A stretch of 64,000 nt of DNA from Haliotis rufescens (Eukaryota): the NCBI RefSeq assembly GCF_023055435.1, contig NW_025963779.1, positions 32,612,001 through 32,676,000 on the forward strand, in the 5' to 3' direction. Numbering within the stretch: the stretch's first letter is position 1; each line of letters opens with the position of its first letter. The translations under genes and the position numbers were made by a program. The notes below the pieces were generated by a model, which made no database searches, was not told the origin of the DNA, and saw only the letters and a list, made by a program, of their open reading frames with translations. Positions 25,192-38,315 of this stretch are shown here, in pieces.

Positions 25192-28100
25192 CGGGAGATT
25201 TGCTAAGAAAACAAATCACACTATATTGTAGGCAATGGACATACTTAATAGTAACAAAACAGCTATAGCAGACTGAAGAAGTTAGGGAGTGCATGTAAAA
25301 TACATACACAGTCGGACTCCTCATCTTGAGACGGCCACAAACTCACAGCCGCAGGAGTACCATAATACCGAATTATGTCCTCCCGAGCTGGAAAAGAAAA
25401 GCAAAGCTCCGTTAAATGTACGACGACGGCTACTTTTAAAAAATCAAGTCTATTTTGAGTTCCGTACAAATACATTTTACCCCCTATTTAGTATTGGCCT
25501 AGTATTGTAATATTAGAGTCAATACACGTTTACCAAGAACAAATCAGAACAATCATATGTACCAGAGATACTGGAGGAAGGTCAGGCAGATAGTCTGGTG
25601 TATTTAGCTGCTAGAAAGCTCTTTTAGATTTGGTCATTTCTATTTGATTTGAATCTATGTGGCACACATCGGCTAAACAGTTATCCAGCTACCTGGGGTT
25701 CTAAAACGAGACAGTTAACGAATAAATTGGGTCCACAACTTCTAAACACGTAATACAAGCTATCTAAAATGTGTATGCTACATCGTCCGACACTGTAATA
25801 CACCAACATGTGTCATCACAGCCTACGAAATGAATTTCAAAATCAATCACTTTGAATTGAAACAATTGCAAATGGCGGCCGCCATCTTCAGTCCCAATAC
25901 GGCTGCCTAACTACGACGAATTTCACCACTAATTTAACATCTTAACACTTTAAAGTCGAATAATTGGGATCCTAAATACCTTGAATGTGAAGCCTTGTAT
26001 TCATCTTGGACTTGAAAATGCTTGAAAAGATACAGTAGTGAGCACAACGTGGAGATCAACGGAGCAAAAGCGATCGTGATTCTGTTGAAAACAGAAGGGG
26101 ACGTTGAGAACGGCAACGGTAACTACGTTACGGAGAACTCAGAACGAGGCGTCATCGTCAGCTTCCGGCGTGGTAAAGGCGGCCTAGCCTCATGGCATTG
26201 TTAAAGGTGAAAGCAACCGGGATAGCTTTCGGCTGGACACCAGACGTAGCTAACATAAGTATCATCAATTCCAGCATTTGGTTTGGCAACTCGGGAGACT
26301 CAAAGTGCAAACTTAGATCTGAAACAAACTATACACATGTTTGTGGCTTGAAAAAAATGTTTTGTGAAAACTATGTTTATTTGGATAAAATAATCAGTGC
26401 AAGAAATTAATCTCAAACGTTTACTAGCCTAAACAGTGATATCGTATTTGGACATCCCTAAAAACCTGAAATTCTTGTAGCCCTTCAGGATGTCTTTCAT
26501 AGCAGACAAACTGACTCGGGGTAGCGGGCTAGTGACAATTTTCATCCCTGATGATCACAGTGGGATGTTGGAATTATTCCCTTGTCAGCTGGGATTAAAT
26601 ATTAGATGGCGCTGCTATATGTACCATGATGAACAGCGACAGTTCTTACTTAGAACCACGATGTCGACTGAAAATATTTTTTTTAAATATGGGAAATTCA
26701 AAATGAAAAATAAACTGCAATATATGTAGTATCGTCTGTGATTAAAAGTAGACTATTTCTGGTGATGTTTGACCTTTTAAAACTTTTGCATTGCACCCTC
26801 GTGCTCATTTGAACGGGTCGGTAGAATGTGGAAGAAGAAACTATTTGATGTGTGTTAAGCAAGTGCCGTGTGAGGTGTTTCCTAAATTGATTGTTGGTTA
26901 TGTAGTAACTCCATGGTGTTTTGGGTTATTTCTACTACTCAAATAAACATCGACTGGTGTTGAAAAAACCTACCCCTCCAAAATACTCTACTGACAACAC
27001 TGCCATCTATTAGAAACTTCAATTGTCCTTTCTCTCAGTATTTCCTTATCTCGTGAAATGCCAGATTAGAATATCTACAAATTACTGCTACACCAAAGTA
27101 GGTGTGAATTCTGGCTTTCGACTGGCCCACCGGACCACTGCCTTTATATTGTAGCAAACCCGCTGCTATTTCTGCTGGCCACGGACCAAAGGACAAGCAG
27201 TGTAGTCCATTCCTTTGAAAAAGCTTCCACGTTTGTTCAAACTGTAGAGATGTGTGGAATCCAAGATTGATGTGAGCGAGGGGAGATCACTCTTAATCCC
27301 ATGTCCGCCTCGCCTGATGGAGGTGAGTGAAGTGCTCGTAATATATCCCATGTGGTGACACTTGTTTTAAAGTGGAAAGGCCAGGTTTGATTCGCACTCA
27401 CTTGAAAGGGAACCACAATAACTGTTTCATAAGAAATGATGAGTAGTTACGTTTAAATATTTAACATTTTTTTTCATTAAAAAGTGTTATAAAGACCTGT
27501 CCTCATACAACTGTCGCCACATACAGGAATGTCTATAATCTTCAAGGTAGCCCCACGCATACACGAATCTGCAGGTATTTGCCAGTACAGCTCATACATT
27601 AAGGAGACAGCAACATAGCCATATAGGGGCAAATATCAAGCTGTTTCACAATATCAGGATGGTTTTATGTGTCAAGATCAGAGGCCGGGGATGTGGCCTG
27701 ATGCCGATATTGCGATGTCGCTGTCCCCTAGATCATTATTAGCTCTAAGGAAGGAACACAGTAGTGAAAACAGACGACTTGTATGTACATTACAGAAATA
27801 TTTATTCAGATGACAATAGGTCGAAAGTAAAATGCCAAAAGAGAGATCCAAATTACGGGGCCAAAATAGTATATATAGCATCACCTTGTGCGATTAAAGA
27901 TCATCAATTATGTGAAAAATAAGCCAAAACGTAAGCCAAAGATGGGCCAAAATGGTGTGTCTAAAATGTGCCAAAATGAGAGGATGCATATTAAACAGCT
28001 CTCTCTCTCCTTCATTTACTCTCTCAATCTCACTCATTTACTGTCACTATATCAAACTCTCTCTAAATCTTTCTGTCACTCTCTCTCAACCGTGCACGCT

Positions 28101-28319
28101 CTCTCTCTTATTTACTCTGAATCTCTCTCAATTACTCTCACGATCTCAATCTCTCTCTCTAAATCTNNNNNNNNNNNNNNNNNNNNNNNNNNNNNNNNNN
28201 NNNNNNNNNNNNNNNNNNNNNNNNNNNNNNNNNNNNNNNNNNNNNNNNNNNNNNNNNNNNNNNNNNNNNNNNNNNNNNNNNNNNNNNNNNNNNNNNNNNN
28301 NNNNNNNNGGATAAGGAGT

Positions 28320-28640
28320 CTACGAGAAGATCTTCCTAAAGAAGGCAGCCGCTCTCGTCAGCGCCTTTCTCAAGGGATGAATCTCTCGGTCATCCACGAA
28401 GCTGTGGTCATCCTCGTCCTCGTACACCCAGTAGTCACTTTCATCGTCGTCACTTGGGGCAGGATAGTGGTCGGCGTGATTGATGGTGACGGGGGCGGGG
28501 AGCGTCTCGCCGTAGACGGGGCGGGCCCAGAACGGAGTGAAGACACTCAGGGGGTCGGGGAAACGGGAAAGGGACACAGCTTGGGAACGCTACTCATCGA
28601 GGGGAGGGAGGGAGAAAGTAAGGCAAGTGAGACAGAACAT
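28320..28640 (-). pseudogene. Macrosatellite ORF, copy 9
   Basis: Same as copy 4. Confidence 0.42.
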
Positions 28641-30520
28641 CGGGAGATTTGCTAAGAAAACAAATCACACTATATTGTAGGCAATGGACATACTTAATAG
28701 TAACAAAACAGCTATGGCAGACTGAAGAAGTTAGGGAGTGCATGTAAAATACATACACAGTCGGACTCCTCATCTTGAGACGGCCACAAACTCACAGCCG
28801 CAGGAGTACCATAATACCGAATTATGTCCTCCCGAGCTGGAAAAGAAAAGCAAAGCTCCGTTAAATGTACGACGACGGCTACTTTTAAAAAATCAAGTCT
28901 ATTTTGAGTTCCGTACAAATACATTTTACCCCCTATTTAGTATTGGCCTAGTATTGTAATATTAGAGTCAATACACGTTTACCAAGAACAAATCAGAACA
29001 ATCATATGTACCAGAGATACTGGAGGAAGGTCAGGCAGATAGTCTGGTGTATTTAGCTGCTAGAAAGCTCTTTTAGATTTGGTCATTTCTATTTGATTTG
29101 AATCTATGTGGCACACATCGGCTAAACAGTTATCCAGCTACCTGGGGTTCTAAAACGAGACAGTTAACGAATAAATTGGGTCCACAACTTCTAAACACGT
29201 AATACAAGCTATCTAAAATGTGTATGCTACATCGTCCGACACTGTAATACACCAACATGTGTCATCACAGCCTACGAAATGAATTTCAAAATCAATCACT
29301 TTGAATTGAAACAATTGCAAATGGCGGCCGCCATCTTCAGTCCCAATACGGCTGCCTAACTACGACGAATTTCACCACTAATTTAACATCTTAACACTTT
29401 AAAGTCGAATAATTGGGATCCTAAATACCTTGAATGTGAAGCCTTGTATTCATCTTGGACTTGAAAATGCTTGAAAAGATACAGTAGTGAGCACAACGTG
29501 GAGATCAACGGAGCAAAAGCGATCGTGATTCTGTTGAAAACAGAAGGGGACGTTGAGAACGGCAACGGTAACTACGTTACGGAGAACTCAGAACGAGGCG
29601 TCATCGTCAGCTTCCGGCGTGGTAAAGGCGGCCTAGCCTCATGGCATTGTAAAAGGTGAAAGCAACCGGGATAGCTTTCGGCTGGACACCAGACGTAGCT
29701 AACATAGTTATCATCAATTCCAGCATTTGGTTTGGCAACTCGGGAGACTCAAAGGGCAAACTTAGATCTGAAACAAACTATACACATGTTTGTGGCTTGA
29801 AAAAAATGTTTTTTGAAAACTATGTTTATTTGGATAAAATAATCAGTGCAAGAAATTAATCTCAAACGTTTACTAGCCTAAACAGTGATATCGTATTTGG
29901 ACATCCCTAAAAACCTGAAATTCTTGTAGCCCTTCAGGATGTCTTTCATAGCAGACAAACTGACTCGGGGTAGCGGGCTAGTGACAATTTTCATCCCTGA
30001 TGATCACAGTGGGATGTTGGAATTATTCCCTTGTCAGCTGGGATTAAATATTAGATGGCGCTGCTATATGTACCATGATGAACAGCGACAGTTCTTACTT
30101 AGAACCACGATGTCGACTGAAAATATTTTTTTTAAATATGGGAAATTCAAAATGAAAAATAAACTGCAATATATGTAGTATCGTCTGTGATTAAAAGTAG
30201 ACTATATCTGGTGATGTTTGACCTTTTAAAACTTTTGCTTTGCACCCTCGTGCTCATTTGAACGGGTCGGTAGAATGTGGAAGAAGAAACTATTTGATGT
30301 GTGTTAGGCAAGTGCCGTGTGAGGTGTTTCCTAAATTGATTGTTGGTTATGTAGTAACTCCATGGTGTTTTGGGTTATTTCTACTACTCAAATAAACATC
30401 GACTGGTGTTGAAAAAACCTACCCCTCCAAAATACTCTACTGGACAAAACATCATTTTGAATGTTAACAAGAAAAAGGTTGGGACGAACTTGTTGTTACA
30501 GCCTTTCAAAGTATGGTACC

Positions 30521-30638
30521 CGATGTTCATTATGTCAACCACAGGATTGTCTGTACCAGAGTCGATTACTAATATTCACAGATCACCGTCATATAGCTGG
30601 AATATTGCTAAGTGCGGCCTTAAATAACAAACAAACAG
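30521..30638 (+). mobile_element. SINE family C, 3' fragment
   Basis: GTCATATAGCTGGAATATTGCTAAGTGCGGC followed by an (AAAC)n tail; matches the 3' part of 42180-42445. Confidence 0.85.
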
Positions 30639-30677
30639 ACGCAAAGTCCATTGTACCAGTCAGTCTATATCATGACC

Positions 30678-30782
30678 AGCCCTGTTTCACAACTTAGCAG
30701 CGCTAAGACGATCGTAACGCCCCTACTCTTACATATACCTACGACAGTCGTAGCGATACGACCGCTTTGTGGAACGGGGTCC
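30678..30782. mobile_element. Short palindromic MITE-like element
   Basis: Imperfect inverted ends CCCTGTTTCACAA / TTGTGGAACGGGG, with internal inverted CGCTAAGACGATCGTAA / CTACGACAGTCGTAGCG. Confidence 0.55.
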
Positions 30783-30981
30783 AGGTGTTTATGAATCACT
30801 ATCAAATAGGGATGATACCAGGTGAGCGTATCCTGCCCGGCCGGTGCCATCAGCCATTAACACAATAAAGGGGACGTCAAATGTATCGCTCAAAGAAGTG
30901 AGAAACTCAGTTTAGAACTGGTTTTCAGCTGTGTTCATGAGTGAGACTTTGACTTTGTTCTTGTCAACGCTTGTTAGTTGT

Positions 30982-31262
30982 GGGAGGCACGGCTGGCCCA
31001 GTCGTCTGAGGCGCCGCGATTCGCTGTGCAGAGTTACGTCCCTTGGGCACGCCAGAAACCTATGATTGTGAGTTCGAATCCCGGTTCGCCCCGATTATGT
31101 TTCTAGGTTTGTCAGCACCATACCCGTGCTCGTGGGTTTCACCGAAGTGGTTAACGTCTGAGACCTGCATCACTTCGGGCTTTCCTCCCACATTAAGCTG
31201 ACACGCCGCAATATAACTGGAATACTGTTAAAAGCTGCGTTAAACCCAACTCACTCACTCAC
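30982..31262 (+). mobile_element. tRNA-derived SINE family B, full length
   Basis: A box TGGCCCAGTCGTCTGAGGCG, B box GAGTTCGAATCC, shared tail CTGGAATACTGTTAAAAGCTGCGTTAAACC and (ACTC)n. Further copies at 43778, 45252 and 62715. Confidence 0.9.
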
Positions 31263-31640
31263 TTATTTGTAAGTCCCGGAAATTCCGATAGCGATCACTC
31301 GTGTTAGCCATTTCCATGCTTTTAGCATGCCTCAAGTCCAAATGGTTGGTTTATTTAAAGTGAAGGTTCCGCAAATTTCCAGTTTACTAGAAAGAACCGT
31401 CATGCCTCGTCCCATATTTGTTAGCAAACTGATGGTGTGAATAACAACGTGTTCAGCCACATTTAACAGTATTTCAGCAGTCATCTTCAATACACACGAG
31501 AATTACGTTGATGGAAGACGTTCATTAACTTGGTTGCAGAGTTGCGTCCCTTCGGCACGCCGTACTCGTGGGTTTCACCAAACTGGTAACTCTGAGAAGT
31601 AAATGTACACATGGGCATTAATTAAGCACCACCTGACTTA

Positions 31641-31799
31641 AGTTAGTATGGTTTTACGCCGCTTTTAGCAATATTCCAGCAATATCACGACGGGGGAAAC
31701 CAGAAATGGGCTTCACACATTGTACCCATGTCGGGAATCCAACCGGGGTCTTCGCAGTGACGAGCGAACGCTTTAACCACTAGGCCACCCGACCGCCCC
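31641..31799 (-). mobile_element. tRNA-derived SINE family A
   Basis: Head GGGGCGGTCGGGTGGCCTAGTGGTTAAAGCG; degenerate target-site duplication (TSD) CACCTGACTTAAG / CAGCTGATTTAAG. Confidence 0.9.
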
Positions 31800-34700
31800 A
31801 GCTGATTTAAGATCCAATTCCGAAACATTATGATGCGCAATGGAACCCTAACTTGTCAGCACGTTGTGTGAATGTCCTGCTGCCAAGTGGGAGCTAGAGA
31901 CCCTCCAGTTCAAAACCAGAATATACTGACCCAGGCACTGCACCAGGATACCAATGTTGATATTCAGACTTTTTATCAGCAGCACGAGGAGAAGCTTGGC
32001 CAATGTCCTCCGTGAGAGGGGTGGCTACCAGTGATTTCGGGGTCAGTGGTGATTCCAGGGTTGACAATAATCGGTTTGGATTGCATTATGTGACAGTCTG
32101 ATTCCTGGTTTGGTCTGGGTGCTCATACTTTCAGTATCAAATTAACGTTTTAAGACTTCTTCGCATAACCCCAAGACATCGCTAGTGTCAGGTTAATTAT
32201 TTGTGTGATGGTTGTGACAGTCGTTGATTATCAGTTTGCTACTCTTTTGGGATGTTTCCAACAAAGAATCACACCAGTCAGTTGTTTAATATAGCAATCA
32301 TCCAGGAAAGTGGGTGGTTCTTAATTAATACTCATGCATAAACAAATACATATTACAGTAAAAGTACTGAACATCACCTTTATACTGAATATATTTTCTA
32401 AAATAAACCATACCAGATTCATGCCAAATAATACATGTCATAAAAATCTATTGAGCTACAGAAAATATTTTTCAGGTTGAGTTTCAATCTAGATTGGTTA
32501 GGAATAGTCTGCAAGCCCTAACATAAGAAAAGTGGTGTACTACATGTTATATGGCAGTGTAATTATTGTTAAACAATGATTGTTACTGAATTACATTGTT
32601 TCTGTTGTGATTCAGTAGAAGTTCACTTTATTGTATTTGGATAATGATTTGTTGTCAGGAATGTAGTAGTGTAAGCTGTGGTGAGGAAGTTGTTATATTT
32701 AGCTTCTTAAATTATCTGTAAACTTCCGGAAAAGCATGGATGGATGTCTGTCGTAATAGATACGTGGAATATTCTGTGATGTTCTAGTGACACTGGACTG
32801 GTCAAGACTGTGTGGAGAGTGCTGGAAGTTAGTTAAACTATCTAAGTGGAGTGGGCGCTTGCCCGTCTCATCTCACATTTCATCTGTCATTACATCAAGA
32901 CCAGCTTTTGTGAGAAGATCACTTATCATCCCAGATTCCAAGCCTAGGCCGATCTCAGAAGCTTGACCACTGTTGCGGTTGGGTGAATATTATTATCACT
33001 GAACTTTTCGATATCACCACTGCAATCATATTTTGTATTTGACACTGCCATTGAATATTGTAATGTACTACCAGTCTATTGCATACTGCCATTGTAATTG
33101 CTGTGCAGTAATTTGTATTGATTTGTAAACTTAGATAACTGTTTAATACAACTGTTGATTGTATACACTTTGTTGGTTGTTTGTTGGTTTCACAAATTCT
33201 TTTTCGTACAGATTTTATGGTTAACCAATTGTTCCAATTGGGAATTGACACACAAAATACCGCATATGTAGCCTTCTGGATGCTGCAAATCTCAGGAACA
33301 TGAAGATTAAAGCAGAGAATAGATTCCCTGACATTTCGACACACAAAAAAAAACATTGCATGTCAGATATATATTCTTTATTTCTGATCTCACTAAACGT
33401 TCATTCAGTGCTTTCTTTGCGCCACTCCACCCCAGCTCCGAATCACAATATGTACAATAAAACCACCATAATTTAAACATTCACATATACACCATCATTG
33501 TCCATCTGGAACATCGTCTAAGAAAAATATACACATTTGTTACTATCTTGCACATTTGTCATCCGCCATAACCCCTGACATTCACTGTTGTCAGTGCTAA
33601 ACTGAAGGAACAGTTGATTCTACAAAGCAGTGGAAATCATCACACACTCTAACCCTGTAACACTGCTCAAGCTTTTCTGAAACAAAACAGGCAACAATTG
33701 ATAAAAAGGGTAAGCTGAAAATATCAAAATCATCTTTCACATTTTATTCAACAAAAGTAATAAATTTATTATCAATATAAAAAGAATTTGTTAAAACATT
33801 GATTTTAAATCAGGGGCTGTAAAAATATCTTAACTAAGAATCCTGCCAGTATGCATATTTCATCATTACAACTTTGTTAAAAGACACTATGCTCAATGCC
33901 TGGTTTTCAGACTAGCTCGTGATGCCATGGCCTGCATGAAACAGACATTGTCTCTAGTAACTGTCATGCATCCTAAGACTTGAGCTAACACACAGAGAAA
34001 GTGGGTTTTAAAATATTTGGATCAAAGGTGCCTGGACTTCCAAATAACATCAGCCCAGCACCCCTTCAAATTAAGGCACTGCCAAGGTGCACATAATTAT
34101 TTTACAGGAGTGTGGATTACAATGTTCCTGCTCTTCGACAACAACTGATATCTCTGAAATAAAGAAGCATGTGACCACTGGAGACCTATTAAGAAAATGT
34201 AGCATCTCCAAATCCTTATTGATCTGTTGGAAATCCTGAAGAGCAATTTCTAGTTGTACTGACAAGTAACACATGCAACATGTATCTGAGGCAGAACCAA
34301 GACTTTTACTGAGTCAGTTGGGTTTAATGCCACCGAAAAAAGTATTCTAGTTATATCACGGCATGTTAGCTTTATGGGGGAGGAAAGCCTGAAGTGACGC
34401 AGGTCTTACATGTTTACCACTTTGGTGACAGACCTAGAAACATAATTGGGTCAAACCAGGACTTATAAAACGGGGAGCGTGCACAGTAAACATGTGAGGT
34501 CTCAGTTCATCTAGATCTGCCAGTGTGTTACATTGAATGCACTTACAAAAGAATAATGAATAAATTATTTATTGCTGAAAATATATATATCCACATCCTC
34601 ACTGTGTTGAAGGATATGGCTGACTAATGAATGGAGATCATAAATAGACAAACTCTTGATCAAAGCTAATAAATACCAATGGTTTCAACAACAACAAAAC

Positions 34701-36024
34701 ATATCTACTTTACACAGTCAAACTAACTGGCATGTAGTATTTTCAAAGTATCTAAATGTCAAACTTAACATCATGAATAAAACCTAATACAAAAGAAAGT
34801 AAAAAGTAGCCTTAGATATATGAAGGTGCAATTTAAGTCCCAAAAAGGCGGATTCCATCTTAAAAATATTCAGCTCTTGTCTGGTCTAGGAGACTCAAGG
34901 GTTTGTGACCAATAGAAATATATAACTTATTACTCTCCTGCCCAAGACAGCAGGTTTCCACATTGTCAAGAAAGGAACTATCCCCCATGGCCAGTGAGAG
35001 GCAACAAAGAACTACAACCTAGCTACATCAGTGCTCACGTAACTTGTCAACAGTAGTTGGGACCACTACACAAATATGTCATTGCTTGTGCAATTCGTCA
35101 AGTCATAGATAGTTTGCCGCATACCCTTATCCAATGCCCCTTGCTGAATGCTTTAAGTGCATTCTATTCCTACACATAAAATGCAAAATCAAGGACATAT
35201 CAGTGAGCACAGTCTGTGCAGAAAACCTCTGAATCTACTGGCCTGAATTGGACCCTCAGCATCACTTTCAGTACCTATTAATATATCAAATAATATTGTA
35301 ACATTGACTTTTATTAGCTGAGCTTACTAGACTAAACAGAATGTTACTAGACTCGAGCTTGGGACTAGTGGATTCAGCTGTAGACTGAGTGATAGCCAGT
35401 ACTCTAGTTCTCCTAATGGTAAACTCAGCAATACTGAAACCATAAATACCCTGTCTGGTGTAATCTAACCATTCTTGAACCAAATCAACAGTGGCAAGTA
35501 AACCCTGGGACCAGTTTTCTCAGTTTTCAAGTTTCTACTTCTATAGTATCCTCTCAGTAATATACACTGAAGAACGCAGCTGAAAAGACAAAAATCTTAC
35601 CCCTATTATTTGCTAGTCGAGCAACAAGGACAACAATGAACTCTTCAATGGCACTTGGAATTTCTACCTTGACAGGATCAAGACCAATATTACACAGGGG
35701 CAATATATAAGTATCTACAAACAGAAGACCTCAACCTTGACACATAATCATCTGTTAACATTAGAAATAATTATAGTCCAAGTTTTTTCAGCCACATTTG
35801 GCATAGAAGTTTACCCTCTGTAGCAGGAAAATTAATGTGATGCGGGTCCTGTATGTTTATCACTAAGCCAAACTCACGAGTAAGTAGCTGACAATACAAG
35901 TATCATAATCAGGGTGAATGTAGGATCTGAACGTGACAGCAAAATCCTGGCATGGCAAAGGGACATAACTATCCTTGTAATCTGGTCTCATCCAACACTT
36001 AAAAAGTGGAGGTTATTATTTTGT

Positions 36025-36196
36025 GAGCGAGTGAGTGAGTGAGTATGGTTTTACGCCGCTTTTAGCAATATTCTAGCAATATCACGGCGGGGGACACCAG
36101 AAATGGGCTTTACACATTGTACCCATGTCGGGAATCGAACCCGGGTCTTTGGCGTGACGAGCGAAGGCTTTAACCACTAGGCTACCCGACCGCCCC
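36025..36196 (-). mobile_element. tRNA-derived SINE family A, full length
   Basis: A box TAGCCTAGTGG, B box GGTTCGATTCC, (ACTC)n tail, perfect 11-bp TSD TATTATTTTGT (36014-36024 and 36197-36207). Confidence 0.95.
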
Positions 36197-36592
36197 TATT
36201 ATTTTGTACAGACACTTTGATGCATATCATTCAAATTGCTTGGCAACAATATACAGGACAGCAGAGACATCTCATCAGATACAGTAATAGAATGAAAAGA
36301 AAAAGCAATGCCTTTTTGTCCGGATTCCGGTACTTCTGTACCACACATAAAGAAAAGTCTTTCAGCTCTTCCTCAGACACTCGAAACTGGGTGAAAGGGG
36401 TGTGTTTAAAGGTAGCCATCAAGCAAAACTGAAGGGCTTAGAGGTAGCCATGGAGTGCTCATTCTAGTTGCTGCTTTATTCCCTATTTAAGTGTCAGATA
36501 AAAGTTTTAACTGTCATTATCACACAGTCAGCATGTTCGAAAGGCAACTCCATTGTGACCTTTTTAGGTCATGTGTTAGTTTAGGTCTTCCA

Positions 36593-36640
36593 CAATCTCA
36601 TTAAAATCAGATCTTAGTTCTCGCTACCGCTAAACAAGAG
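36593..36640. mobile_element. Solo terminal inverted repeat (TIR) of the 59.1-59.7 kb MITE family
   Basis: CAATCTCATTAAAATCAGATCTTAGTTCTCG matches both ends of 59104-59708. Confidence 0.8.
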
Positions 36641-38315
36641 AAACAAACTGGAGAATATTGTTTCAGAATATGGTAAGGCCATCTAGGAAAAGCGTACTAT
36701 ACAGTTAACATCAAGGTGTACTAAAGAAATAACAGTGGCAGTAAAGGAATGCCAGCAGAAGCGCATGAGTGCCACCATCTAAAGGAACTTCTATCAGTAG
36801 AACCAACAGATGCCATCTGTTCTGATTGAGGTTAGCTGTGGGTAATTCCTGTAAAAATGGTCACATATTAATTTTGCTTAAATCGGTAGTAAGTAATGAT
36901 GGTGAAGATAACATAAGTCATGTTATGTGTACCAGCAAACAACACGCCAGGCTTCTCCCAAAGCTCAAGATCAATATGTGCTCGCTAACACAATTAATTG
37001 CATCATCAGTAGTTTCGTGTGGGACATTCAGCCCCAAAATTCCATAACATATACATATTGAATTAATGCAATTAATCTTTAAGGGATACATTTGAAATAA
37101 CACAATTTTCAATAAATCCTACTCAAAGAAACTTAACAGTATGTTGAAAACATTCAGAGAAATATTACACATGCTTAAAATAAATGATCAGCATTGTAAG
37201 ATGATCATTGCCAATAGCTGTAATATTTATTTAAAAATTTCAATACTTCTAGCCGCCTAATTTCTAGGACTCATAATGATCTCGGGCCAAGATTGAAGCC
37301 ATTTAAAAAACTATAATGAATTTCTTCCCCAAGAAAGAACATTTCTAGCTACAAGTGCAAAGAATCAGCTAAATACACAGAGGACTCCCTCGTACAAAAC
37401 CACAAAGTTGAATGAAGGTCTATGCCGTGCTCATGTTCAGAAGGACCTGTTGATCGGTTGTTGATTTCAAGCTCATGAAAAAGAAGAGAAAATCGGTGAC
37501 GAGGGACATGGAGATGGTGACATCTTGGAAATAAAGCCATGGCGGGGAATGAGGCCAGGGTAATTATCACAATAGAATGGAGACAAAACACACTGGATAA
37601 GCAAGGATGGAGACATAGCGCAGCCTAGCCCTACACTGCGAACATTGTCTGCGTGAATGTGATCTGACTTTTTTGTGGAATGGATGGACATGAAACGAAG
37701 GGTTCAGACTGAACAGTGCACTAGGGACACAGTAGCACGGTTTAAGGCACTGTGACACGGTAAATGCTTCTCATCACAACAGAGTATTGTTTGTCCAATA
37801 TTGCATAACTGCATATTTCATTCAGCACAACATATGGTGTGTCTATCTCCTCCTTTCTCAACAAGCCATAACAAGTGTTACACCTCATGCTGGATACATA
37901 ACATACATCGTGACTTTCTGCTTTCTTCAAAACTTTATTCCATCTTCATTTCAATGGTTCTCAATAAAGCTGGCATATTTAGTAGCATTTCAAGACAAGG
38001 AATTGCACCCAACAGGATATCATGAAGGTTTTGTTTCATAACTGACTGAAGTGGGAATTCACATTCCGTAAACAGTGTTCAAAATTGGAGTGGGTTCCTG
38101 AGTCATTGAGGTTTGCTGCTATAGTATTAGAATCTAGGGACCCTCTAAACTTTAAACCTTTTACATAATGGTCATGTAACCACGACCCCTTGACTTTCTA
38201 CTTATTCCAAACACTGCATATATGTACAGCTGCACATGCAGCCTGATATGATTAGCCAGGAAATATCTGTTAAGAGCAAACTTTCTTTTTTTTATTATTT
38301 CCCATACATGTTTAT

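Larger units (their letters stand above)
1..30442. repeat. Macrosatellite: tandem array of ~3.47-kb units (about 8.8 copies; continues beyond the left edge)
   Basis: With phase set by the right boundary, units start at 2682, 6169, 9661, 13144, 16615, 20078, 23527 and 26994 (lengths 3487, 3492, 3483, 3471, 3463, 3449, 3467, 3449). Similarity ends after ...TACTCTACTG at 30442. Units differ only by a few SNPs or indels and by N-run length. Confidence 0.98.

Noticed and set aside
31860-33356. Stretches resembling decayed retroelement coding sequence
   Set aside because: Multiple stops and no recognisable RT, integrase or gag motif.
36025-36196. tRNA-like heads as true tRNA genes
   Set aside because: They are fused to SINE bodies with microsatellite tails and TSDs.
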